In this document: in pieces, positions 20,689-30,524 of the stretch
Numbering within the stretch: the first letter of the stretch is position 1
Layout of the letters: each line of letters starts with the position of its first letter
From: an uncultured Fibrobacteria bacterium
Lineage (GTDB): Bacteria > Fibrobacterota > Fibrobacteria > UBA11236
DNA: 64,000 nt
Assembly: GCA_963716395.1 (NCBI GenBank)
Contig: OY970309.1
Location: 1,792,001-1,856,000 of the forward strand
Reading direction: 5' to 3'
Made by a program: the position numbers and the translations under genes
The notes under the pieces: model-generated
Told to the model about the DNA's origin: nothing
Seen by the model: the letters and a program-made list of their open reading frames with translations, nothing else
The model's database searches: none

Positions 20689-23600
20689 ATGAAAATGTTG
20701 AGTGTGAAAAACCTTTCCCGATTAATCCTTTTGTCTACCCTGGCCTTTTTCGCCTGGACCTGCAACGTGTCGGATTCGGGCGGCGATACCATCTTGACCC
20801 TGACCGTGGGCGATTCCCTCAAAGCCGCGTCGGGGAAATACGACTCCATTCAAATCAAGGCGGCGGTGGTGAACGGCTCCGACACCACCTATCTGAAACT
20901 CGTTTTCCATGGCGCCTACAGCGATTCTTCGCAATTGCAAAACCTGAATCTCGGCCGGTTGCCCTCCAACGACTTCACCATCATTCTCGTCGGTTATAGC
21001 CAGGGCTCCACGGCTTTGGTGCTGGAATTGCCTTTCAGCAACGGCAAGGCCGGTACGCCCAAGCTCGACACCTTGATTGCGCCACCCGATACGACGCATC
21101 CCCAAAGTCAAAAGCTGCTGATGTGGCTGGCCCCGCCCGACAGCGGGACCTCCTTGTTTCATACCGTTGAGGGCAAGACGCTTTCTTTCCGCGTTATGGC
21201 CAAGGATTCCAACACCAAAGACAGCACGACTTTGCTGCAGATTCAGAATCTATTCCCCGCCGATTGCGGAGTCCCAAGCTATGACACAACCAGCGGAGCC
21301 TTCAGCTTCAAACCCGCCTTTGCCTGCGTGGATTCGGGAGGCGGTTCGGTAAGCGCCGCTCTCAAGTTCTTGGCCAAAGACCAAAGCCATCCCCCGGTTT
21401 ACGACACCTTGAGCGTATCGGTTCAAGTGCTCGACTTCAACAGCGCACCCAAGTGGAAAGTGGACACGGTCAGCCTTACCGGCAAACAGGGCAAAAACGT
21501 ATCGCTGGCTCTCGACAGCCTGTATCTCGGCGATGCCGAAGGCGACTCGGTGGCTTTCACCGCCTCGCTGGGGGTCATGACGCAAAACCCGCTTGCCTGG
21601 AGCTTCACCCCCTCGTTCTCGGATTCGGGCATGAAAACCGTATCGCTCACAGCCACCGATAACCATCACCCTCCGGCGTCATCTTCTTTGGCTCTTAAGC
21701 TCACCATCCAAGACTCGGTGCGCCCGTTTAATGTCATTATCACGTCGCCGCAAAACGGCTATGTGACGCGCGACAGTGTCATCGCCGTGCGTTGGAGTGT
21801 GAACGGCGCGGCGCAAACCACCAATACCACCGAGCATTTGCTGGAAGGTCAAAACGGGGTGGTACGCAGCTACCATGACAACCTGACGAACGCGACGTAT
21901 TCGGATTCCATCACGGTGACGCGCGACACGGTGCCGCCGAACAAACCGGTGGTAAGCGCCGTGTCGCCGACCAACAACCCTACGCCCACCTGGGCTTGGA
22001 AAACGGGCGGAGGCGGCGACGGTTATTTTCGCCATCGGCTCGACACGGCTTCCTTCGTGGATACGGTGGGAACGAAAGATTCCTCGTTCACGCCGTCCAC
22101 CAATCTGGTTGCCGGAACCCATGTTCTCTATGTGGAAGAGCGCGATGATGCCGGCAATTGGTCGGCTCTGTCCGCCGACTCGGTGCGTATCATCTTGACC
22201 GGCCCGGTGGTGGTCATCACTTCCCCAGCCAACAATTACGTGACCCGGCAAGCCAGTGTGTCGGTAGCTTGGACGGTGAATGGCATGGCGCAGACGCCAG
22301 TGATTAAGAGCCTGGTGGAAGGGCCGAATGTGCTCAAGGTGACGGGTCAGGATTCGGCCGGGAATCAAGGTTCGGATTCGATTACGGTAACACGGGATAC
22401 GGTCCCGCCCAATAAGCCGGTGGTGACCGGTCCGGGGCTGACCAATAGTTTGAAGCCGACATGGACCTGGCATAGCGGCGGCGGCAACGGCAGCGGGTAT
22501 TACCGGTTCAAGCTGGATGATACCACGGCATTCACCGACACCTTGGGATTAAACGACAGTTCCTATACGCCGACCGCGAATCTTTCCAACGGAACCCACA
22601 CCTTGTATGTGCAGGAACGCGACGCCGTGGGTAACTGGTCGGTGACAGGCAGCGGCGCCGCCAACGTGGATACCACGCATCCGGCCATCGCCATCACCTC
22701 GCCGCCCAACAATTACGTGACCCGGCAAACGAGCGTGACGGTAAGCTGGACTTTGAGCAATGTGGCGCAGACGCCGGTGATTAAGAACCTGGTGGAAGGG
22801 GCGAACACCCTGACCGTGTCGGGAGCGGATTCAGCGGGGAACAGTGTTTCCGCTTCAATTACGGTCACACGGGATACGGTACCACCCAACAAACCCGTAG
22901 TCACGGGTCCGGGGCTGACCAATAATCTGAAGCCGACGTGGACTTGGCATAGCGGCGGGGACAGCGGCAACGGGTATTACCGCTATAGGTTGGACACCGC
23001 GACCTTTACGGACACCACGGGCCTGGCGGACAGTTCCTATACTCCCGGCACCAACCTCAAACAAGGCCGACATGTGCTTTATCGTCGAAGAACGCGACGT
23101 CGCCGGCAATTGGTCGGCCATGGACAGCAGCGGTATCGCGCAGATCGACACCACAAAACCGGTGGTGAAAATCACTTCACCCACGGCGGGTATCCTGACC
23201 AATGCCAATTCCATCGCCGTGGTATGGACGGTAAATAGTGTGGTGCAAACCCAAAACGACTCGGAAAATCTTACGGGTAAATCGGGTTCGGTGAAAATCG
23301 TGCGTTCGTTTTCCGACAGTCTGGGAAATACCGGGGCAGATTCGGTGACTATTACGGTCGACCATTCGGTGCCGAATGCGCCCTCAATGACAGGACCGAC
23401 TACCCCGACCCGAAATACAACGCCAACTTGGTATTGGAGTACCGGAGGCGGCAGCGGCAATTACCAATATCAAATGGATGCCGCGGGGTGGATGCCAACG
23501 ATCTCGCTTAGCTTCACTCCGGCCAGCGCCCTGAGCTACGGAACGCATACACTATACGTGCAGGAGAAGAATGCTGCAGGTACGTGGTCGGCATCGGCTT

Positions 23601-24952
23601 CGGCGGCAGTATTGATTAAAGCCGCACCTTTGGCGCCGAATGTATCGGTTAACGCAACCTTGACCAATGCGCCCCAATGGACATGGGCCGCGGCAGCAAA
23701 CAGCGGGGGCGATGGCACTTTTGCTTATTCACTCGATAACGCAGCCTATTCCACTGCGCAAAATTTGGCGCGGTATGCCCCGACATTAAGCGACGGATCA
23801 CATACGCTCTGTGTTGAGGAACATGATGTATTGGGACTCGGCGCCGCGGGATGCAAAACTTTGCAAGTCGATCTTACCGCGCCCGCTCTTGCCATTACCG
23901 CGCCGACCGGAATGGCCGCCGTTTTTTCGGGAACGCCGGCCACTACGGGAACCGCTTCGGATGCCAACGGGATCAAGACGTCGACTTATAGCTTAAATGG
24001 GGGGTCGGCTCAAACTTTGACCGTCAGCAACGGGACGTGGTCGTTTGCTCCGACATGGATTGAAGGCCAAAATATTCTATCCGTAACAATTACCGATAAC
24101 GCCGGGAACATAAATATTCAGAAGGATACTGTGTATAAACGATCTCATGTAGTATTTGTTCGCAAAGGTGCGATTGGGACCGGAGATGGGACTTCGTGGG
24201 CTAACGCTTATCCAGAAATGAGCACAGCTTTTAACGCCTGGGGAAAAAATCCTCGGGGAACCCAAGTTTGGGTAGCAGCAGGTACTTATATACCGTTAAA
24301 TGGCGGTGGTTTGAATATCGATTCCTCTATCGCAGTATACGGGGGGTTTCCATCGGATGGTAGTGCTAACGCAATAACCATGAGGAACGTTTCGTCATAT
24401 CAGACCGATGTTCAAGATCCTGTCAACGGCGGAAACCTTTTATACTTGGGCGGCAACAATATTACGATAAACGGGTTCATTTTTGAACAAGCCAATAGCG
24501 TTGCAGTTATTAGCGGTTCACAAATTAATATAGTTAACTGCACAATACGTAAATTTACCAAAACCAATAGTATCCCATTAATGATTACTTCAGATGGTTC
24601 TACTTTGGTAGATAGCTGTAACTTCACAAGTAATCAAACCACCGAAATTGGTGCTTTAGTTGGATCGGGGTTTACACTAAGTAACTCTCAGTTCCAAAAT
24701 AACACATCCAATAATATTGGCGGATATAGTGGCGGGGCAATGCAAATTTACGGAGGAACGGTGAAAATGTTTGGCACCGTATTTTCACAAAATTATGGTA
24801 CTGACCCCTCGAATAGCCTGAATAATATTCAGGTATATGTTTATAGCGGAACGTTAAATTATCAGACCGGCACCGTGTATTTTAATGAGGTAAACAATAC
24901 TAATTCCGGTATCTCAACTGCTGGGGGTACGGGAGTGGCCGATTCCTATTAA
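20689..24952 (+). CDS. large surface lipoprotein with cadherin/Ig-like repeats and C-terminal beta-helix-like domain (frameshift ~23080)
   Basis: ORFs 20689..23238 and 23072..24952 join: the repeat motif H.LYV.ERD.AGNWS is broken by one extra base. AWTC lipobox. C-terminal FVRKGAIGTGDGTSWANAY...VWVAAGTY. Confidence 0.8.
21720..23160 (+). repeat. three ~480-bp intragenic tandem modules
   Basis: Recurrent ITSP.N.YVTR...ITVTRDTVPPNKPVV...PTW.W..GGG...ERD..GNWS. Confidence 0.85.
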
Positions 24953-24985
24953 ATTTCCCGTTTGACTGTGAATTTATGACCCTTA

Positions 24986-27640
24986 ATGCCTAATCCCGCC
25001 CCCACCCCCGTTGACACCTTACCCTATCCGGCGCCTTGCTGCCGGGATTGCCAATGGAAACCCTGCCGTTACCTGGGTGGCAGCCCGCGCATACGGGGCT
25101 TTCACTACCTCGGCCCCTGGCCCAGGCTGCCGAAGGATTGCCCGGCCTGGCTGAAAAACCAGACACATCTGGATCTCGAAAAGGTTTTGCAAAGACTGAA
25201 CCGCAACGAGTTGGAAGAGCTTTACCGCACCGGACCTCCCCGCGTCACGGGATATCCGCTCCGCCCCGAAGATTCTCCCCTTCACCTTCTCGCCCACGAA
25301 ATTCCCCATCACCGGGAATCGTGGCTGGTGGTCGCGCCCGGCTCGCATCTCGACCATGCCGTGCATGCCCTGTACTGGGCCTATACGCGCGCCTTGGCCC
25401 GCGCCAACCCTAAAAGGAAAAAGGTCGAGGATGTAGATGCAGCGGCGGCGCAAAGCAAGGAGGCAGAACCGGCGCTTTTGAACCCCGGTTTTGTAAGCAT
25501 CGAGGATGAGAAAAAACCCGGCAGTCCCGAAACCACCATCACCGAGGCTGACATCGGAGAGGTGGTGCATCTCAAAGTGGATACCCAAGGCTTGCAACCC
25601 GCCGATAACATATTGTTCCAGATATTCCTCAAGGGTGAGAACGGGCAGGCGGATGTTTTCATTGAAAACGTATTCGGCAACGCCGGTAAAACCAAATACG
25701 GAAGCGATTGGACCACGCGCGAAGATGACGCCGCCGCGGTGCATTACCATATCGGCGACGGTCATGCGGAAAGAAAATACCGGCCGGGAAAAGACACCCT
25801 CTACTTCATCGCCAAGGTAAAGTCAAAAGGGCTGGAGCAGAGAAGCGGTGCGCTGCAACTGACGAAGACCGAAGAAGCGATTCTGTATTATTGGCCCGGC
25901 GATGCGGATAATGAAGGTGAATATCTCCTGTTGGAAAAAAGCGATGACATCGACGACGTGATGACCGAAGCCGGAACCATGAATTCAACTCGTGAAAAAC
26001 TGATGGAAGCGCGTGCGGCTGCCGGCGTCGATGCCAAGGAAAAAGCCGACAAGGTTTCGGATGCGGCCGAAAAGATGGACTCTTTGTTGAACGAAGCCGC
26101 GCCCGATCCCGAAAAAGCCTTGCTGGAACTTTATCTGGTCAAAAAGGGTGCGCGAAAAGAAAAAAGTCTGAAAAGTCTGATTTATATCCGTTCCCATCTC
26201 CGTAACGGCAAGCAAGCCCGAGGCCATTGGGCCAAAGAGCGCGACGCCACGGTGCGCAAGCAATTGGAGAAAGCCAAAAAAGATGAGGACAAGCGTGTTT
26301 CTCAGGAATTTAAGGTCAAGCTTTGGGATTGGCATAAGGAAGAATCGGGATCCTGGTTACCGCACTGGAAATTTGCGCAGAAAACCTTTTCATCGGAAAA
26401 ACCGGCCCAGCCTGGCGAGCGGTTTTCCGGTGCGGCGGAAGCGCAATTCGCACGGTTTTATGCGGGCGCAAAAAGTTCCGCGGATTTTGATCTGAAAGAC
26501 GCCAAGGTCGATTTCGGCGGTTCCGCCGAAGTTTCGGTGTCTTTGGTGCAAGGCAAGGCCAAAGGCACCTGGCAATTACCCAATGATCACGGCATCAATC
26601 TTTTTCCCAAATTCACCGGAACCGATAAAGCTGAAGCCGCAGCCGTGGGCAAGGAATTGCGACTGCGACTGGCGGTATCTTTGCAGGCCTATGGGTTCGT
26701 GGGAGTCTCGGCTTCAGCGGCCTTGCATTTTCCCAACTTGGATTTGGGTGGCAAAAAAGCCCCGCCTTTGCGTAAGCCTGCTTCCGATCCAAGCGGGAAA
26801 TTCGACGCCAATGTTTCCGGCGACGGCCAAGCCTTTGCGGGGGCCTCAGCCGGCGGCGGCGTAGAACTGGATTTGCAATGGGGCAAAACCGCCCAGTTTT
26901 TCGACAGCCTCGGCGATATGGAATTTACCGCGGATGCCTGTTTTGGAGCGGGCGGTGCAATCGGATTTATGATCGGATTCAAAGACGGCAAATTTCATAT
27001 TGAAATGAAGGCTGGTTTGGTGACGGGGCTTGGTGCCAAGGGATTCGTGAACGTGGCCGTGAGTGCCGAAGAAATGCTGAAGATATTGGGCTATTGTTTT
27101 AAAAACGTAAATCACCATTATCTCGACAATGTGCAACCCGATGCCTTTGATAATTATGTGGCCTATGGGTTCTGGCTGGCGGTGAAATACGTTCCGGAAT
27201 TGCGGGAGTCATTCGAAGTGTTTACCGGAGCCTCGGCCTTCACCAATTGGCTGGAAACCACGGGAAGCAAAATTTTTGGGGATCACGATACGAAAAAGGA
27301 TTTATTGGAATCTCTGCTCCAAAACGACAAGGCGCTGCATCAATGTGCACCGCAAACACTGGGTCAGATTTTGCGGACCATTATGGTGAGCCATGAAGAT
27401 GGGGACGAAGACAAAATCATCCACGTGCTTTCTATTCCAGAATCGGATCATGAATTCAAATGGACGATTCGCTGGGCTTCGGGGTTGGAGGAGTTGGACC
27501 ATGCGGTGCGCATTAACAAACACGTGAGCGATGATTTGAAGAAGCGGACATTAGAAGCGGGAGCAAATCGGATTAAAGGATTTAGCGATAAAGAAAACTA
27601 TCAAAAACAAATCAGTAGGCTGTTTGATGGTTCGAGATAA
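24986..27640 (+). CDS. putative polymorphic toxin/effector, 884 aa
   Basis: Modular: Cys-rich N-terminus, Ig-like/helical middle, Gly/Ala-rich hydrophobic strands, helical tip. Followed by an immunity-like gene, and its 3' part is repeated downstream with a variant tip. Function inferred. Confidence 0.6.
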   Translation: MPNPAPTPVDTLPYPAPCCRDCQWKPCRYLGGSPRIRGFHYLGPWPRLPKDCPAWLKNQTHLDLEKVLQRLNRNELEELYRTGPPRVTGYPLRPEDSPLHLLAHEIPHHRESWLVVAPGSHLDHAVHALYWAYTRALARANPKRKKVEDVDAAAAQSKEAEPALLNPGFVSIEDEKKPGSPETTITEADIGEVVHLKVDTQGLQPADNILFQIFLKGENGQADVFIENVFGNAGKTKYGSDWTTREDDAAAVHYHIGDGHAERKYRPGKDTLYFIAKVKSKGLEQRSGALQLTKTEEAILYYWPGDADNEGEYLLLEKSDDIDDVMTEAGTMNSTREKLMEARAAAGVDAKEKADKVSDAAEKMDSLLNEAAPDPEKALLELYLVKKGARKEKSLKSLIYIRSHLRNGKQARGHWAKERDATVRKQLEKAKKDEDKRVSQEFKVKLWDWHKEESGSWLPHWKFAQKTFSSEKPAQPGERFSGAAEAQFARFYAGAKSSADFDLKDAKVDFGGSAEVSVSLVQGKAKGTWQLPNDHGINLFPKFTGTDKAEAAAVGKELRLRLAVSLQAYGFVGVSASAALHFPNLDLGGKKAPPLRKPASDPSGKFDANVSGDGQAFAGASAGGGVELDLQWGKTAQFFDSLGDMEFTADACFGAGGAIGFMIGFKDGKFHIEMKAGLVTGLGAKGFVNVAVSAEEMLKILGYCFKNVNHHYLDNVQPDAFDNYVAYGFWLAVKYVPELRESFEVFTGASAFTNWLETTGSKIFGDHDTKKDLLESLLQNDKALHQCAPQTLGQILRTIMVSHEDGDEDKIIHVLSIPESDHEFKWTIRWASGLEELDHAVRINKHVSDDLKKRTLEAGANRIKGFSDKENYQKQISRLFDGSR

Positions 27641-27644
27641 TAAA

Positions 27645-28464
27645 ATGACTACAACATATTTAATCTTCTTTACAGCAATTTTTGGTTCAAGCGGTATTCC
27701 GGAAAAGTGCATTGAAAAAAAAATAGGAATTAATATCAGGCAAGAGTGTCTCACATTTTATTCAAATGGAAACAAAAAAGACAGTAGTACTACAATTATT
27801 ATTCCAGGCAAAAAACAAGGCTTTCATGATAGTGAATATGTTGCAGACGGGGAACAAAAAACATGGTATCGATCAGGCCGATTAAAATGGGTTGCCAAGT
27901 ATAAAATGGATTGTTTGGTGGATACAAATCTTCGAATATTATGAAAATGGAAATCCATGGTATATCGAACCCTATAAGGACTGCAAAAGAAACGGCCTTT
28001 CCCAACGCTTCGATTCAACCGGCGGATTGCTTTTTGAGGGCGAATTCAAAAACGGTGATCAAATTGGGTTGCAAAAGGAATTCTGGCGCAAAGGCGTATT
28101 GAAAGATGAATCGTTTTACAACGATTCCCAAACTCGGGTGGATTGGGAAAAATCGTGGTATATCAGCGGAAAATTAAGGCGAGATATGAAAATTAGTGGC
28201 GAGATAAAAGAAATCAAAAATTACGCCCCGAACGGAAAACTGGTTCAGCACACCCACGCCAAAGCGGCAGATGGGAATCTGATTACTGGCGAAAGTTTCG
28301 ATCCCGACGGAAAACCCACGGGCAAGGTGACGCAGGGCAACGGCTCGCTGACCACCATCGGTTTCAACGATTCGACCCTGGTCATGTATTCGAAGTACAG
28401 CTATAACTACAAAGACGGGTGGCCGGGCAAGATGAAACAAATATTCCCGCCGCCGCCGAAATGA
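27645..28464 (+). CDS. MORN-variant (YwqK-like) repeat exported protein, putative immunity 1 (frameshift ~27927)
   Basis: Hydrophobic N-terminus, WYxSG/YxNG repeats. Removing one A joins ORFs 27624..27944 and 27892..28464 (VDTIFEYYENG aligns with IDTSFAFYPNG of copy 2). Confidence 0.75.
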
Positions 28465-29186
28465 ATTCGCCGGATGCCTGTTTTGGAGCGGGCGGTGCAA
28501 TCGGATTTATGATCGGATTCAAAGACGGCAAATTTCATATTGAAATGAAGGCTGGTTTGGTGACGGGGCTTGGTGCCAAGGGATTCGTGAACGTGGCCGC
28601 GAGTGCCGAAGAAATGCTGAAGATATTGGGCTATTGTTTTAAAAACGTAAATCACCATTATCTCGACAATGTGCAACCCGATGCCTTTGATAATTATGTG
28701 GCCTATGGATTCTGGCTGGCGGTGAAATATGTTCCGGAATTGCGGGAGTCGTTCGAAGTGTTTACCGGAGCCTCGGCCTTCACCAATTGGCTGGAAACCA
28801 CGGGAAGCAAAATTTTTGGTAAAAGCATAAATAAAGATCAGCTGCTTGAATCCCTGCTTCAAAACGATGAGGCACTGCATCAATGTGCTCCGCAAACCCT
28901 GGGTCAGATTTTGCGGACCATTATGGTGAGCCATGAAGATGGGGACGAAGACAAAATCATCCACGTGCTTTCTATTCCAGAATCGGATCATGAATTCAAA
29001 TGGACGATTCGCTGGGCTTCGGGGTTGGAGGAGTTGGACCATGCGGTGCGCATTAACAAACACATGAGCGATGATTTAAAGAAGAGAGCGTTGGAGGAAG
29101 GGATTACAGCACTAAAATCGTTCGGCGACTTCCCAAAAAATCCAGAGAATCTATTAGCAATATTCAGCAAATTCGGCTTGCAATGA
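28461..29186 (+). CDS. orphan C-terminal toxin module (variant tip), 241 aa
   Basis: Near-identical to the C-terminal ~236 aa of 24986..27640 except for two patches. In-frame ATG at 28461 overlaps the upstream TGA. Confidence 0.75.
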   Translation: MNSPDACFGAGGAIGFMIGFKDGKFHIEMKAGLVTGLGAKGFVNVAASAEEMLKILGYCFKNVNHHYLDNVQPDAFDNYVAYGFWLAVKYVPELRESFEVFTGASAFTNWLETTGSKIFGKSINKDQLLESLLQNDEALHQCAPQTLGQILRTIMVSHEDGDEDKIIHVLSIPESDHEFKWTIRWASGLEELDHAVRINKHMSDDLKKRALEEGITALKSFGDFPKNPENLLAIFSKFGLQ

Positions 29187-30022
29187 AGTTAACAGTTATT
29201 TTGACAACACTTTCCACTTTAATTGCCCAGGAATCGGAGTTGAAAAAATGTGAGATCAAAAAGGATGGTTCAAAAATCGTTCAAACTTGCGTTTCCTTCT
29301 ATAAAAACGGTGCGCAAAAAGATAGCTCAAATGAGTTAGTACTTCCGGGCCATAAATGGGGTGTTCATGATAGCGAATACTTGCTCGACGGAGAAGCAAA
29401 ACATTGGTATCCGAGTGGAAATTTGAAAAGTCGGTCAATGTTCAGAGCCGATAGAACATTTGAATTTGGTTGTTCTATCGACACGTCGTTCGCTTTTTAT
29501 CCAAATGGGAAAGAAGAAGAAATTATTCCTTATAAAGGCTGTAAGCGAAACGGCCTTTCCCAACGCTTCGATTCAACCGGCGGATTGCTTTTTGAGGGCG
29601 AATTCAAAAACGGGAAAAAAGTCGGCTTGCAAAAAGAATTCTGGCGTAAAGGTGTACCCAAACATGAAATGTTTTATGATAGCTCAACTTTTAAGGCTAA
29701 CGAGGAAAAGTCCTGGTACATCAACGGCAAATTGAGCGAAGAAATAAGCATCGAAAACGGCATCGAAGAAACAAGAGATTACGCCCCAAACGGAAAACTG
29801 GTTCAGCACACCCACGCCAAAGCGGCAGATGGGAATCTGATTACTGGCGAAAGTTTCGATCCCGACGGAAAACCCACGGGCAAGGTGACGCAGGGCAACG
29901 GCTCGCTGACCACCATTGGTTTCAACGATTCGACCCTGGTCATGTATTCGAAGTACAGCTATAACTACAAAGACGGGTGGCCGGGGAAGATGAAACAACT
30001 ATTCCCGCCGCCGCCGAAATGA
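29183..30022 (+). CDS. MORN-variant (YwqK-like) repeat exported protein, putative immunity 2
   Basis: Signal peptide MKLTVILTTLSTLIA, repeats FYKNG/WYPSG/FYPNG/GEFKNG/WYING. ATGA overlap with the orphan tip. Confidence 0.8.
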   Translation: MKLTVILTTLSTLIAQESELKKCEIKKDGSKIVQTCVSFYKNGAQKDSSNELVLPGHKWGVHDSEYLLDGEAKHWYPSGNLKSRSMFRADRTFEFGCSIDTSFAFYPNGKEEEIIPYKGCKRNGLSQRFDSTGGLLFEGEFKNGKKVGLQKEFWRKGVPKHEMFYDSSTFKANEEKSWYINGKLSEEISIENGIEETRDYAPNGKLVQHTHAKAADGNLITGESFDPDGKPTGKVTQGNGSLTTIGFNDSTLVMYSKYSYNYKDGWPGKMKQLFPPPPK

Positions 30023-30149
30023 ATTCGCCGGATGCCGCCTGCAGATCGATCCGTTTTGCCGATCAAAGACAACAACGGCCATACCGCCCTGGTCGAAGCC
30101 GAACGCTGCGGGAAAAAAGCGAACGCCGATTTTTTACTCCGAGCGATGG

Positions 30150-30192
30150 GAAAATAAACCCCGACCCGGCCTTGCGGCCGGCGCCGGGATTG
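30150..30192 (-). terminator. probable intrinsic terminator
   Basis: ccggcc-ttgc-ggccgg hairpin with an A-rich run on its left (U-tract on the minus strand). Confidence 0.45.
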
Positions 30193-30215
30193 GGACCGAA
30201 CCGAAAACGCGACGG

Positions 30216-30404
30216 CTAGGCCGTCACATCCACGCTTCCGCCCACGCCGGGCATATTGGGAGCGCTGCCGGCCGGAGCCAGGGAATTGAGAAGGTCCGAG
30301 TTTTCCTGTTGCGACAAGTCCTGACCCTTTTTGAGCAATGTTGCATCCTTGCTGCTCATGTTCTGGGTGTCGGTGCTTTGGGTGACGGCGGATAATGGTG
30401 ACAT
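30216..30404 (-). CDS. YjfB-like putative motility small protein
   Basis: LLKKGQD...DLLNSL...P..GGSVDVTA pattern. Strong RBS AAGGAGG. Confidence 0.7.
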   Translation of the reverse strand: MSPLSAVTQSTDTQNMSSKDATLLKKGQDLSQQENSDLLNSLAPAGSAPNMPGVGGSVDVTA

Positions 30405-30524
30405 GCTGTTCCTCCTTGTCTTCGCATCTTAGAGCCCGGAAAGCGCGGCGACAAGTCGGAATGCCGGTAATTTCTCCCCGTGGTTTTCGGACTTTGAGGG
30501 GTCCCGTTGAGTAAATTAGGCCAG

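Larger units (their letters stand above)
26931..30036 (+). repeat. tandem duplication, units 26931-28470 and 28471-30028, with CGGATGCC at all three junctions
   Basis: Direct comparison shows near-identical blocks alternating with divergent ones. CGGATGCC at 26931, 28471 and 30029. Confidence 0.95.

Noticed and set aside
26931-30036. Diversity-generating retroelement (template/variable repeat)
   Set aside because: Differences are not adenine-specific (many C/T and G/T changes), the repeats are ~1.5 kb, and there is no reverse transcriptase in the window.
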